This document shows, piece by piece, positions 37,801-51,600 of a stretch of DNA of 64,000 nt. The notes under the pieces are model-generated. The model did not search any database and was not told the origin of the DNA. It worked only from the letters and a program-made list of their open reading frames with translations. The stretch is from the NCBI GenBank assembly GCA_040954595.2, contig CM082577.2, positions 7,651,846 to 7,715,845 on the forward strand, given 5' to 3'. How positions within the stretch are numbered: position 1 is the first letter of the stretch; each line of letters opens with the position of its first letter. The position numbers and the translations under genes were made by a program. Source of the stretch: Balanoglossus misakiensis. Lineage: Eukaryota > Animalia > Hemichordata.

Positions 37801-38141
37801 CCCCCCCCCCACACACACATACAAAAACATCCACAACAACAACCCAACAAGAACACCAAAATAAACACACACCGACTTGTTGGCTTTGGGTATAACCATA
37901 TATGGGTGTCAAATATTCCCGCGCGTGTTACGTTTTGGGTGTTTAGTTTAAATTTCAATGGTGCGAATTTTGTCCACTGCGGCAAGTCTATCATAAACTG
38001 GGGAATGACTCAGTATGAGTCATCCAGTCGTTAGTATATGCAAAAATACACATGCTGACGGACTCAGCTACCACTTCGACCTTTGACCTCGCAGTGATAT
38101 GATAACTTTGTTTATATATACCACCTAGGCTATATCAAAAC

Positions 38142-39610
38142 TACGGTGGACGATACCGACACTCCTCTGCTATGCTAAGTCGGCCTCCTCTGCTATGCTA
38201 ATTCCTCCTCTGCTATGCTAAGTCCTGCGATGCTATGCTAATTCCTGCGATGCTAACTGAATCTGATCAGCTGTCGACCTCCTCTGCTATGCTATGTCGA
38301 TCTGCGATGCTATGCTAAGTCCTGCGATGCTAACTTAACCGGAAGTACTGTAGTACATTTTTACGAACAAACATACGCTCGTCTCACATGCGGCCGGACT
38401 TGCTGTTTGGCGACTGATTTGGGCGAGCGGAGAAAGCATTAAGTGATAATAGAAATAATATATGAATATCTTATCCATAAAATTTGTTTCGAAGATACGG
38501 ATTTTGTAGCCGGCGACAACGTCTGCAATTAGAGGCGATCGTTTCCCCATAGCATATTTGGCGGGAAATAATCACCGAGCGAAGTGTTATAGAATTTCTA
38601 AAGTCGCACGACTTTATCCATGTTATCCCACATCCAGTAACTTGAATAAAGTGTGTTCTCTTGTATGTGTTCCATTTCTAAATTATTCACTGTTCTTGGT
38701 CCATTTTTTTGCGAGAATATAAACCCTGGCTCTTGCCAATCAGCAAGCAGGATTCACACCAAGCATATTATAATAAAGTAATGAAAATAATGGATCCCTC
38801 TGTTTCTGTGACTTGTAAGCTGTCTTTTGTCTTTATTCATCTCCCAACAGTAAAATGTATGCTAATTTTCACATGAGAGGTCCTGCACCCAAATACCCTC
38901 TGGCAGCCGTTTAACCTCTAAATATAACGTTTAGCCAATACATGTAGTCAGTCTAAGAAAAAAGACTCCTTGAAAAATCATTCACGATATTTATTACATC
39001 ATATTGGGCTAAACTGATCAGCCAATTTCCACAGAAAATGACGGGCAGCTACAGGCAGTAATTAGTAGGACCGCAAATGAAGTCTTGATTTCTAGGATTG
39101 GAAAGTGGGGAAACGATCGCCTCTAATTGCAGACGTTGTCGCCGCCTACAAAATCCGTATCTTTGAAACAAATTTTATGGATAAGATATTCATATATTAT
39201 TTCTATTATCACTTAATGCTTTCTCCGCTCGCCCAAATCAGTCGCCAAACAGCAAGTCCGGCCGCATGTGAGACGAGCGTATGTTTGTTCGTAAAAATGT
39301 ACTCCAGTACTTCCGGTTAAGTTAGCATCGCAGGACTTAGCATAGCATCGCAGATCGACATAGCATAGCAGAGGAGGTCGACAGCTGATCAGATTCAGTT
39401 AGCATCGCAGGAATTAGCATAGCATCGCAGGACTTAGCATAGCATCGCAGATCGACATAGCATAGCAGAGGAGGTCGACAGCAGATCGGATTCAGTTAGC
39501 ATCGCAGGAATTAGCATAGCATCGCAGGACTTAGCATAGCAGAGGAGGAATTAGCATAGCAGAGGAGGCCGACTTAGCATAGCAGAGGAGTGTCGGTTTC
39601 GGCCACCGTA
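38142..39610. mobile_element. Non-autonomous DNA transposon with long TIRs, IS3EU-like
   Basis: Termini are TACGGTGG...CCACCGTA with a 6-bp direct repeat CAAAAC at 38136-38141 and 39611-39616. The arms 38142-38549 and 39106-39610 are near-perfect inverted copies with internal TGCTATGCTAA repeats. There is no transposase ORF. Confidence 0.85.
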
Positions 39611-39709
39611 CAAAACAGGTGCCACTGCGAATGGTTCGGCACATAACATTAATTACAACCGTAGCAATCACAGGTTCAGGGTGTCTGGAAGAATTTGTCT
39701 GCGAAAGTT

Positions 39710-39710
<1 letters not shown>

Positions 39711-39750
<40 letters not shown>

Positions 39751-39905
39751 CAGGCTGGCTGGCTGGCTGGCTGACAGACAGACAGACAGATAGATAGATA
39801 GATAGATACTAGATAGATGGATGGATGGATGGATGGACTGAGGGATGGACGGACGGATGGATGGACTGACTGATTGATTGGTAGAGAGACATATGGACAG
39901 ACAGA
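39711..39905. repeat. Compound tetranucleotide microsatellite (GATA/GGCT/GACA/GGAT)
   Basis: Successive runs of 4-bp units. Confidence 0.9.
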
Positions 39906-40760
39906 GATGGAAAGACAGACAGATCTACACAAATATACACGCGCATAAACAAACACAAGTAGACCTATATTTTACGACATGCATCTTTGCATTGCATTCG
40001 TAAACTGACAAATAGCTCGAGAACAGCATACATGTATACGTTTCTTCTGCTCTCTTGGTCGCATTTGAAGTCGCACAAATTAAAACGAATAAAAAATGTG
40101 ACTTGAACCCCTGCAGGACATGAATGGTGTCACCAATTTAGCCACGTCACATCAGTGCAGGTGTCTGTATGACTCATTATTGACAAAGGGATCTCACGTA
40201 GAACCCCACCCTCATTTTCCTCAACGCACAGGATCCTGTCCCAGTGGCGGAAAGCGTATCGCTATCAGACAGACCACAATCTAATTGTAATGCGGACTGG
40301 TATCCCGGTGATTACGAAGTCACAGACGTGATATTTGTACGATTTCATGAGATTGGAGATTGTTAAAGTGCAAACCGATATACATTCTACATATCTTTTG
40401 ACAAAACTGTCGAAATAAGTTGAACTATGATGCCATAAGAATTATAGAGTCATGCGGCTGCAAACTGAAATGTGTGGATCACTTTTTCTAATCTTTACAT
40501 ACATCATTTCATTGTTCAAAAGTTATACAACTGTAGATGCACATCATATATTTTCAAATAAAAAAACCTTGGGTAAGCAGTTCACAACTGATCCCCAAAC
40601 CTCTGACTCGGAAATCGGACTAAAAGTCACAATTTTGTGATAAATTTATATTAGGGCCTATAGGCTACCGAAATAATGTGTACGTCGTCGCGTCATGTGA
40701 GAGTATTGCTACAAATTAAACTAAGTTAGGGATACTCAACCAAATCACGAGACAAGAAAC

Positions 40761-40820
40761 TGCACATGCGCAAAGTAGAGCTTCTGACGTCACAAATATT
40801 CCCTTTTCAGGGGTATTCCC
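40761..40820. promoter_or_regulatory. MAP2K4 proximal promoter motifs
   Basis: NRF1-like TGCACATGCGCA (40761), CRE TGACGTCA (40785) and kB consensus GGGGTATTCC (40810) lie in CpG-rich DNA ~220-270 bp upstream of the ATG. Confidence 0.45.
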
Positions 40821-41028
40821 AATGTTGAATCTACCTCGATTGTGCCTCAGATACATTTCTTTTCACCAAGAAATATAGGTGTCGTTTGAGGTAAAAAACG
40901 GACGGGAGGTCGATCGCGGTAAACTGGTGATACTGTGGCTTCAGAAGACAAGATTCTATAGCATCGTAAGGCTGCCGTTGCCGCATAATAAGCCGGTTAT
41001 TTTGTGGGATATCGTTCCCCTCGTCACA

Positions 41029-44000
41029 ATGGCTACACCGCCGCAAACAGGTACGACTTGCGAAGTGCCAGGTAAACTTGCTCATTTAAATTATCAGGTT
41101 GATTTATATTTGTAAGTATTTGCTTTGTAATGTTATCACTGCAGCTCATTTATGCGGATGCAATGCAAACATCGGCTACCTTGGCCGGAGGATGGGAGCT
41201 GTATTCATTAATGGGGAAGTTTGCTGATTACTGCAGTTCTGGTTGGAGCAGTAAATAATGTCATTTGTCATCCATCTAACATGATCACGATTTTGTCATA
41301 TCGCAACGTCGTGATGGTGGTAATGGTATTGCTGTTTTCCGCTGTGATTTCAGCCTACAGTAAAAGGTCTAATAGATGTGCACTTTGCATCGCTGATGCA
41401 GAAGTACTAGATATCGGCAGGCGACAGTAGCATCAAAACAAACCAATTACATCCATGTTTGACATCACCTCTACCAAATGTATAGTAGTTTTGCGTTTTA
41501 GTGATATGCCATATGCAACGTTACTGTGTTGTTGTTTTTGTTTTATTTTCGCAATTAGATTATGTTTGACAACACGGTAGCGCTCAGCTCCCACACATTT
41601 GGGTCGTCCGTGTATACCCATCGTGTGTAGGCGAGTCTGTCCACTGAGGTCACCTTGTCTGAAATAGATTATGTCACCCCAACATGTTGTGCGTGTACAG
41701 TACTATCTGCCACTCGTGTGACTCATGACATATGCATTTTAGCCGTTGTAAGTTTACCTGCCATTGGGCATAATTCAGTCATGAGAGTGTCAGCCCAGAA
41801 ATGGGCGATGATGTCATCACCTTTTTTGTTTGGATGTAAACATGGGTGGGGCAGATGTTGACAAACAACAGCGTCACTGTCAAGAGTGTGCAGTGATGGC
41901 CAGGAACTCGGACGTGGATTATGAACAAGCACTCACAAATGAGTACATTTTACATCGGGAAGACTTGCTACCTTATTACAAAGCGTTTTTTAATCCAGGG
42001 ATAACTTTTGCTACATGGAAGATAACTTACATGTCCTATACCATGGGATACCCTATCTCTGACATGTGAATGGATGTACATATACAAGAGTTACTGTCGC
42101 ACTGTGTTTATGTGTCAAACTACCACAAATGTGGAGGTCGGGAGGTCAGTGGTTGCTTCCTGTAAGGCCATTGTTGTAGAAACCCATGTGTAGTTTGTGT
42201 GGGTGTAAGTCTATTACAAGTTGACAAGAGGAAGTTTACATCATTTGTCACCTTGCTGTTGATAAAAAGGATTCCAGGGCTACTACATCTGGTGCGAATG
42301 ACCTTCCACTTGTTGGTTGCTGTATTGAACTGGATGGTGACACTCAAGGCACTTTTGTGTGTCAGAGCACTTCCTGTATTACTCATACAACAGCTAGCCG
42401 AGAAAGATAATAAGCTGCATAATGTGTGAAGCCATGCATAACCAGGACAAGAGAGACCAGTTCACTTGGTCGTAGTTGATAATGGGGGGGGGGGGGGGGG
42501 GGTCCATTTGCATCAAATTACACTAACCACTTTGGATAGAGAGAGGGGTTATAAGAAGTTTTTGATCAGAACATGGTATATATATTAAATACTAGAATGG
42601 CATTGGTATTTGGTTGTAATTTAATTTATTTTGTTAGATCTACAAGCACAAAGGAACTGTATTGGTCAGACTTACAGAATTGATTAATCTATTTCAGGCA
42701 AGAGACGGAACCTGAAACTGAATTTCGACACGGTGACATTTACGGCCAAATCACCAACCGAATGTTTCACTGCAGGTCGTCCAACACACATGTAAGTCTG
42801 CATATATTATTCGCTTCTTACTTAGCTTTCTCTGTTTACCTCTGGTACAACAATGTATGAGCAAAAGTAGAAAGGTCTCGTATAAGTTTTACATGTATCT
42901 TCTCTGAAGAGCCTGGACTGCAGAAAGCTGCATCTTTAGACAAATTTCACCCCAAGTTCCTTCTATAGAGGTCCGGGCTTACCATAGAAAAGTAAACAAT
43001 GGATTTGGACCAAACCATGGTGGTCACTGGGGTAGAATTGCACTAATGTTCACTGTGTAAAACAACATAATTACATGTACACCAATAATAGACAACCAAC
43101 CAGCTTATTTTCTTTTTAACTACAGTGAAAGACTGAGATCTCACAGTTTAGAATCAACTGGCAAGCTTAATATTTCACCAGAAGAGGTAAGTAGTTTGTA
43201 TGGAAGAAAGCTGGGGGGGGGGGGGGGGGGGGGGGGGAAATTAATGCTGGTTAATCAATCGGTCAGAATTCAGTGAAGTGGAAAATTTGCCATTCAGAGT
43301 GTGAATCAGAAGTAAAACCGGGGTGATTGTACGTTTCACTTTGCGAATCAAATGTCACCATGGCATTTCGTTCTCAGTTCTGTAGAAAATATTGTCAGCT
43401 GTACACTATGCCATTAAGTTACGTGATTGGGGCTCAGCAGTGGTGATGTGTGGTGTTTTGGACGAGTCGTAGACCAGTATGGAGCCTTGGCCTTACATGT
43501 ATTTTATTTCATGTATAACCCTATTACTAGCATTGTACCCCTTCCTTATTTACATTACATGTTCATACAGCACTATTTTATAGAAAATTTGGGGGAGTAG
43601 AGACCTGTCTGTGATGAAGAGAACATGGACAGCAACTGTCATTTCTTGATATGCCCTGCTTTTTAAACTTTACTACTGTTTCTTCCGCGCTGAATTTGCA
43701 GACGTATGAATTCACAGCAGATGACCTGGAAGACTGTGGTGAGATAGGACGTGGCGCCTTCGGTACAGTCAACAAAATGTTCCATAAAAAGAGTGGCCAA
43801 GTCATGGCCGTGAAGGTAATCTATCTTGCCAGATAATCAGGGAGATTATCCCTCGTCCTAATATTATCAGGAAGGATTGGGGATCATTATTTTGGGAATT
43901 CAAAATGATTTCATGTTCAAAAGACTTGTTTCAAATGCCAGCACTCAATACAAGTTTCAGTTTTCTGCAATTAACTTCTTTACTGATGTAATGAAATCTT

Positions 44001-46744
44001 CACAGAGAATAAGATCCACAGTGGACGAAAAAGAACAAAAGCAGCTGCTGATGGACCTGGACGTAGTTGTACGAAGCAGTGACTGTAAATATATTGTACG
44101 GTTCTATGGTGCTCTATTCAAAGAGGTGAGTGTAGTGAAAAAGGGTCAAAGGTCGGGGGGTTAAATCCAAATCCTAAAGCCTGGGTGGTATCCAGGGTTC
44201 TCATTTTGATCTAGACAACTTGCTCGTGAATCGGTAATCATCATGCAATTTTTTTCCTCCGCAGGGTGATTGCTGGATATGTATGGAACTCATGGCAACC
44301 TCATTCGATAAATTCTACAAATTTGTGTACGAAAAGTGCGAGACGATTCCTGAGGACATGCTGGGCAAAGTAACAGTAGCGGTAAGTAGAATCGAGGAGG
44401 AAAATACACAAGAATCGAATAGAAGACTTTCAGCTCATTTGGGAGGTCTCGCGAGACTAGGTTTAAATACCGTAGCAACGAGTTGGGGCCAAGTAATACA
44501 AGCCGATCTTTGTATGAAAAATTGTAACTTTTGTTGGGCCATGTGTTGTTTGTCCTGTGTCACATGAGAGTGTCTTTTCATAATAACTGCCCGGCCAAGC
44601 GAGATCACAGTGATGATCCTTTTTTATATTGCTATGATTTGGCTGCAAATTGCATATACAATGCACATATGCATTGATTTACAAATAACACAGAGGACAT
44701 GTGCAATCCATACTAGTTTTCTACATACCCAGTTAGCAGTAGACCTGTCAGTTTTTGTGTTTGCTCATCTTGGTGCTCATCTTCTTCCTGTAGACTGTTC
44801 AGGCTCTTAATTACCTCAAGGAGTCACTTAAAATCATCCACAGGGGTAAGTATTCACTATCAACTGGTTTGATTTTGGGCAATGACCTTTAACCCCTATC
44901 AGCCTTGTATTTCTGAAAGCATTACACGTGTAATTGAAATTCACAGATTCCTTTGTTTGAATGATGCATTAATATAACACCATTTTTCCGACCGCACTTC
45001 CATTCCAGACGTGAAGCCATCAAATATACTATTAGATCGTAGAGGCAATATTAAATTATGCGACTTTGGTATCAGTGGTCAACTTGTGGACTCGATAGCC
45101 AAGACCAGGGATGCTGGCTGCAGACCATACATGGCAGTAAGTAGTCTGTGTGTCTGATTTCATGAGAGGTCAATCGATTCATTTGAAAGAAAAACTTCAA
45201 ACTGAAATACAAGGTGAAAGAGAATGGCCTGTATATTTGCATGGGTAGTACATTTACATGTACCTCCGATGGGGGTTATAAAGACTGCAGTGCAGTAAGT
45301 TACATGTCGATCACATACGTTGCATGGTGCTGTATATTAGATCTGATGAAATCATGATAAATTTCAGGATATAATATTCTAAGACAGATACCCTTGGACA
45401 TTTGTCCACCGGATAGTTACCCTATCCCCACCCCTGTTCCTAATGGTTGATTGGTAAATTACGCACACACACACACTAGTATTGACCGACTTTTTATTTT
45501 GTCCACAGCCTGAGAGGATAGATTTGACTGCAACGAGGCACGGTTACGACGTCAGGTCGGATGTGTGGAGTCTAGGCATAACACTGGTTAGTCTCATATT
45601 ATCACATGCAGAGATTCGATTGGGATTTTGTTACATGTGACGAGATAACCCATAGCATGCTGTAACCTGTAACCGTTTAAATTGGAGAGATCTGTTTTCA
45701 CAGCTGAAGGCACAGTTGTGCAGGAAAACTCTCCCGCGGAATAATTCATGGTTAGAGGTCGTGTGATTCACTTTGCGTAACAAGTCTTGTGATATGTAAT
45801 GGTTACTTCGGAGTAGAGATGTACAAATTGTCCCCACAAATCCTCGCTTTGAGGTGTGTCAATTCTCTCATATGTTACGTGACATCATATTTTCTGTCTG
45901 ATTTACAGATAGAACTAGCCACTGGTAAATTCCCGTACAGGAAGTGGAACAGCGTGTTTGATCAGCTCACAGAAGTTGTCAAGGGTGACGCCCCAAGGCT
46001 TAGCAACGATGGAAATAGGCAGTTTTCACCAGAATTTATCAATTTTGTCAATAGTTGGTGAGTTTTTAATGTTGTCTTGGACTAGCAAATTATCAACAGG
46101 GTGCTGCCTACCAGGCTACTGTGATCGGGTACTGAAGTGCCGTGATATTAATTTGCCATGGACTGTTTATGTTGCAACTGACTCTTTCTAAAGCTATGTG
46201 ATTTTTGTCGGTGTGAATGCCTGTAATATACAACCCAGGCAGTACATACTTTATAATGAATTCACTTTTTACATTATCAGAGATTGTGTAGTTCCCACCC
46301 TTTTATAGGATGTTTCTGTTTCTATTTCAGTCTTACAAAAGATGAAACACTGAGGCCAAAGTACAAGGAATTATTGGTAAGAGGCGTATCTTTGGATATC
46401 ACCTACACGTATACAAAAGTGTCTGTCTGTTAATGCACTTGCCTACACAACAGTTGTGGATGGGGGATGGAGATATAGAGGGGGGTGGGGTAGTTGTGGC
46501 TGTGTGTAACTTGACAAGTTCCAAGGCAAATAAAATATTGCTACCAGAAAATAGTTATGGTCAGTAAATAGTTGCACTGTGCCAATTGTCTTGTTTATAT
46601 GAGCTCGTTTTAATCGGTAAATCGTGTACTTTTCTTTCTCAGAAACACCCGTTTATCAAGAGATTTGAAGAGAAAGAAGTAGATGTCGCTAGTCCCTTTT
46701 GTGCTGTCCTCGACCGAATGCCACCAAGTCCCCAATATGATTGA
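41029..46744 (+). CDS. MAP2K4: Dual-specificity MAP kinase kinase 4 (MKK4/SEK1), multi-exon
   Basis: Exons encode the D-site [91 protein letters not shown] and KWNSVFDQL. The stop codon TGA is at 46742-46744. Confidence 0.96.
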
Positions 46745-48675
46745 ACGTGACTCAACAGAACTGTAAATATATTTAATATTTTGATACACAGAGACTGCCC
46801 ACTACCACATGCCATGGCGTGAGACAAAACAAATTCATCGTAAACAGTAGCGTTTTCAGTGTTCATACTATGGCATGACTGTGTCAAAGGGAATGGCGCC
46901 CCCTAGAGTTGGTTTTAGTCGCAGGGGGGGGGGGGGGTCTTCTATGAAACGCACATATTAGAACGACATGGTTCTTCTCAGCCATCAGGTTCCAGTTGGT
47001 GCCTTGTCATCCAGCTTGGTGTCGTCAAATGTGTTGTCTTTTCATCTGTACTTCATAATGGCAATCATGTATTTGATCAAGTGTATGTTCTGTGCTTCAT
47101 CAGTGAAACTGTACGTTGCCATCTCGAAGTCCATATTGTTCCATAATGTCAGCCCGGTTTTGTTTCGAACTGTCCCCACCCCAAGGATGGTGAATGGTCG
47201 TGACAACTAGTCCTCTCATCATTTTCCTTGACATTGTCTGTCGACGCATATTATTGCGTTTGAAATCTGTCATTTTCAAGCTTCCCGCCATGACCACAAT
47301 GCACAGGTATTACCTTGCACAGCCAGAGATAAAGTGTACTATATTATGAAAAAAAATAATAAAAGAAGTTGGGAAACAGCTGAGAAATTGCTGTCTTTTG
47401 TGTAAAAAATCCATATTAATGCTAGTTTAGTGTACAGGAATTGAAGATTGTCTTAAATGAATATCAGGTCTGTTATTGTTAATGCTGCACCAAGGCTCTT
47501 GCTAAATTATGATTGGGAATCATGACAAGCGCCCCCAGGCGACACATCTGTGTTTAATTTCCCTACATGTTGCAAAACTCCCAATCCTTGCCACCAGGGA
47601 CTGGTGAGTCACTGTCTGCAGGTGAGACTGTCATGATTACAGAGGTTCTGTAAGGGTATGTCCATGTACACAGTGTCATAATGTAAAAAAAAATCGATTT
47701 TAATTTATGTCTGATTTGCATATGTATGTGGCAGTCTCTGTGGGGTTATCCAATGGCCATGTGCTCAGTATTTCCTGCTAACAACTCATGACTACTCACA
47801 GTACACGTTGCAGCTGTTATGTTTTGGGGGAATAATTGCTTATTTTGAAGCTCACTGTGTTACATTGATTCATACATGTGTTTCTTATAACGGCTGCACT
47901 TTGAATATATTTGCCTTTTTTGTGAACCTGAAAATGATGAGATTCATTACTTATTCAAGTTATTGTAACCAGTAGCCATTATGTAGGACACCACCTTTCT
48001 TCCAGTCTGTGCCATGGGAAGAGATTCCAACAGTATTATCCTAGTGTTTTACTAATGAAACTCCTTTGAAATACTGAACATATGCCGTCAATGAGTGTAG
48101 TTGAGTAGCTAGCATTTAAAGAGCCATTATCTGTAATTTCTGGCTATTTTTTCAGTATTTTCGATTGGTGTATTAACTACATTTCCTTGTTCTCCTCCCT
48201 ATAGTATCCCAGCAAGCCCAGTTTTCTGCTAGTCAACAAGTCACTGGTATATGTACCGATTGTTGTTATTATTGACAAATGCATTCGAGTCCAGACCTGA
48301 AAACAATCAATTGTGCACTAATGCCATGACATTTTAGAAGATAATTGTATCAGGTTTTTAATCCTGCTTCAGGGAATTGAACAAGAAACCAGGGTTGATA
48401 CACAGAATAAAAATACCGAAAAAAAATCCACAAGTTGCAGCTAGTGGACATACAGAATATTTACTGCTTTTGGCAGGTGATTTTATCGTTTTGTTTAAAT
48501 TTTTTGTTTCATTTTTTTTTCTCGGGTAATTTTTAAACATTCTGAACCACATGGTGATCCACTCATAGCCCTCTGAGTGCAAAAGAGTGGAATGGGGAAA
48601 AACTTCTCTCATACATGCTATGAAACCTAACTTTGCCTGTGAATATTTGTGTGATTAATAGAATCTCCACAGTGT

Positions 48676-48693
48676 GGCGCCACCTAGTGGTCA
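48676..48693 (-). promoter_or_regulatory. CTCF-like binding motif
   Basis: Minus strand reads TGACCACTAGGTGGCGCC, which matches the CTCF core CCASYAGRKGGCRS. Confidence 0.5.
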
Positions 48694-51600
48694 GTGTTTG
48701 AGAAATGCTTACCCGAGGTTGCCATGTCTTGAATGGCAGCCAGAATATATGTATAGATATAGCATTTTGCAAAACAGGTATAAACTTTACAGTGAGTAAA
48801 TTCGAGTAGTAATACATCAGTTAGCCAGATTTACAAATAAAGTCAACTGGATTTTTTTGTCTTTAGTTTTTATCTCTCTCTTTACTTTGAATGCCCCCCA
48901 AAATAATGAATCATTTTAGGTAAACAATACGAGAATGTTACAGTCTGCGAATGATAATCAAGCATTGTAACCCATCTTATTATTTTAAGAAAAGGATTTC
49001 ATGCTGAAAATAATGTGTAATAATTTGGATAATACAGTGACCATTCATTAGTATCCCACAGTCTTTGAATAGGCTTTTTGTCTTTTCAGTCAGTGAACTT
49101 TAAACAATGTCTTTGTAGTTTTCATGAGATTTGACAGATTAATCCGCACAAAATCATGTATGCATCGTTGATAAATTTTCTGACGACATAAAGAAAAACT
49201 GTGATTCTCAGGTGAAATGCTGTTTTGAGACCACACAGTGTTCTAAATTCCTTGGTATCAGGTTGACAGAAGTGGCAAATTTAGATCACACCGGATTTGA
49301 CGAGATGCATCACGTCTGAAGAGTTTTCAAATTATTATGCAATGTACATATGTGTATACGATACATGATTGGGTTTCTGTGCATTGTCTTGTAGGTTTTT
49401 AGACCATTTCAATTCCGTTATAGACGGTTAATCGGTTCTCTATATCTTGAGAGAGTTTGTGTTCAGCTGACCCACAAGCAGTGTGGGTTGGGTCCAGCTG
49501 TAGGGCTAACCACAGCAGCCTAAATTGTGGGCCTTTCTTCAGGTTTAACCACAAGCTGACGACACTTGAAGTCAGTCAGATCACAGATACTGACACTTCG
49601 CCCAGTAAGTTAGTCCTCGCAGAATAAACTAAGCCATCTCCATGATAATTTCGGCAGTTTTTATCAATCACATGGATTGCTATAGTTTGCAACATACAGC
49701 CATTGATTAGGGACATCAAATTGACAAGACAAGTGGTGCTCATTTAGAAATCAAAGGTACTTTCCAGTGAGTGAAATTTCTGTAAATATCTTTCGTTGTT
49801 GCACGGGGGAGGCAGGGCTGAAGTCTTCTTACAGATTTAAAATGAGGTTTATTTGATTCAATGTGAAGTATATCACAAGTATGTTCAAGAAAACTACCTC
49901 ATTGACAAGTTCTGTAGTGAGTAGATTCTGATTAATGCCCGTGATCCTTGAGGCAACTTGTTCATGGTCAAAGTCACATCACATCAACATCAGTTTCACC
50001 ATTTTCAAACAATCTTGAAAGTAGGATTAGTAGGGTGGTATTGAATCCCTGCAATAGCAGTCATTTGTGTGAACCCTCATGACCTCTGACCTCTCTGCAG
50101 CATCATCCAGGCACATGGGAAGGCCTGAGCATTTAAATTCATAGACGCAAGCTGACCCAACCAGATGAAATAATAAATTGCCCATTTGTGTATTTGCTTA
50201 AATCACCCTAGGTTAGCACCCTGTATGTTTAATTTATCTTTCAGGTCAGAGTTTTGTGTAGTTATAGTCAGGGCTGTGTGGACTTATGTATTTTTTAATA
50301 AAAATGTAATTTTTTGAAGAAAAAAAGGTTCAAAAAGCAAAATCTTAGCAATCCGTTTGATGATTTCACATCATTTTAAAGCTTAGTGCACTCTAATCTG
50401 TTGGCCAGAGATTGTTGCCCTAACTGGAATATTCCATTCATGGGGATGGCACTGGCTATTTCAAAGAGATCATGTCAATTAATTTGGGCAGTGTGGTATC
50501 TGCATGCTGTAAAGTGAAAACTTTTAACTTTGTTTTCATTATCTGTGTCTGTTTATTTGTTTGTTTGTTTGTTTGTTTGTTTTTACACATTCTGTGTCTG
50601 GTATACTGTAAGATGTAATATGTATTTTCTGATGGTTTATTCAGTTGTTTCCCACAGCCAGTTGTCAAATGTCCAATAATTCCAGTGATTGTATGATTTC
50701 ATTTAGCTATGTTTTGTATTAGGAAGATAATGCATGGTGGATTTTTGAAGAAAAAAACCCTGACAATAATAGTCTGCCAAATATCTCAAAAAAAATTACA
50801 CACAATATAATAATCAGGAAAAAGGAAAGGAATAAAGATGAGTAGCATCTATTTTAACTGAAAATAAAGTGGAAAAAAAATGTGTAAGCATATAGAATCA
50901 ATGCTGACCACATGGCGGCCATTTTGAATACTGGTAGTATGGTGTAAGTGTATGGTAAACAGCTGGAGATTTAACTTCAGAGTTTGTGTGATATCTGAGT
51001 GTGCACTAGTTGTAAAACTGTGGCCCTGGGATCAAGATGAAAAGGCTGATGCAGTAATGTAAGAGTCATTGAACAGAGACTGTGACCTTTAATGATGTAG
51101 AGATGTACATAATATCTGGTTTCACAGCTGAATCACTGAAGAGTGGGGAGAAATTGAACAGTGATACTTTGGGTTGTATTTATCATGAGCTCTGCAGTTG
51201 ATTTTACCTGCCTGGGCATTGTTGTTGTACGAGTTAGTAAAATAGTGCCATGATTGATATGTTCTTCACACTGATTCTTTTATTTAAGCTTTTTCACTGC
51301 AGCAAACGAGTGTCACGTAGTCAGTCCAAGAATGTGATAGCAAGGTGGCTGTGATTGGCCCACAATTTAGGTACAGTGGCATTTTTTGCATTTCTGAACC
51401 AATCCAGAAGCTGATGGCATCTGCCACTCTTCCCAACCAGTTGTAGTCTCAAGTTGGCGTTTATACTGGCAACTTGTAAAAATAGTAACAATTGTGTTTT
51501 TCCATATTTAATATTTAATTATTACACAATTATACATTGTGATCAAGTTTCCTTCTTTGATTTTGTCTTTCCATTTCTTTGTAAAATTGTCATAAAGTGT

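Noticed and set aside
38160-38335. Short repeats with variable spacers that resemble a CRISPR array
   Set aside because: The context is eukaryotic, the spacers are not unique, there are no cas genes, and the array is mirrored in the other TIR.
38335-39320. Two near-identical 71-aa ORFs on opposite strands
   Set aside because: They are the two inverted arms of the transposon and carry no transposase or other motif.
43213-43237. Long poly-G/C tracts (also 6102, 37791, 42484, 46924) as G-quadruplex elements
   Set aside because: They are simple homopolymers of uncertain assembled length with no supporting context.
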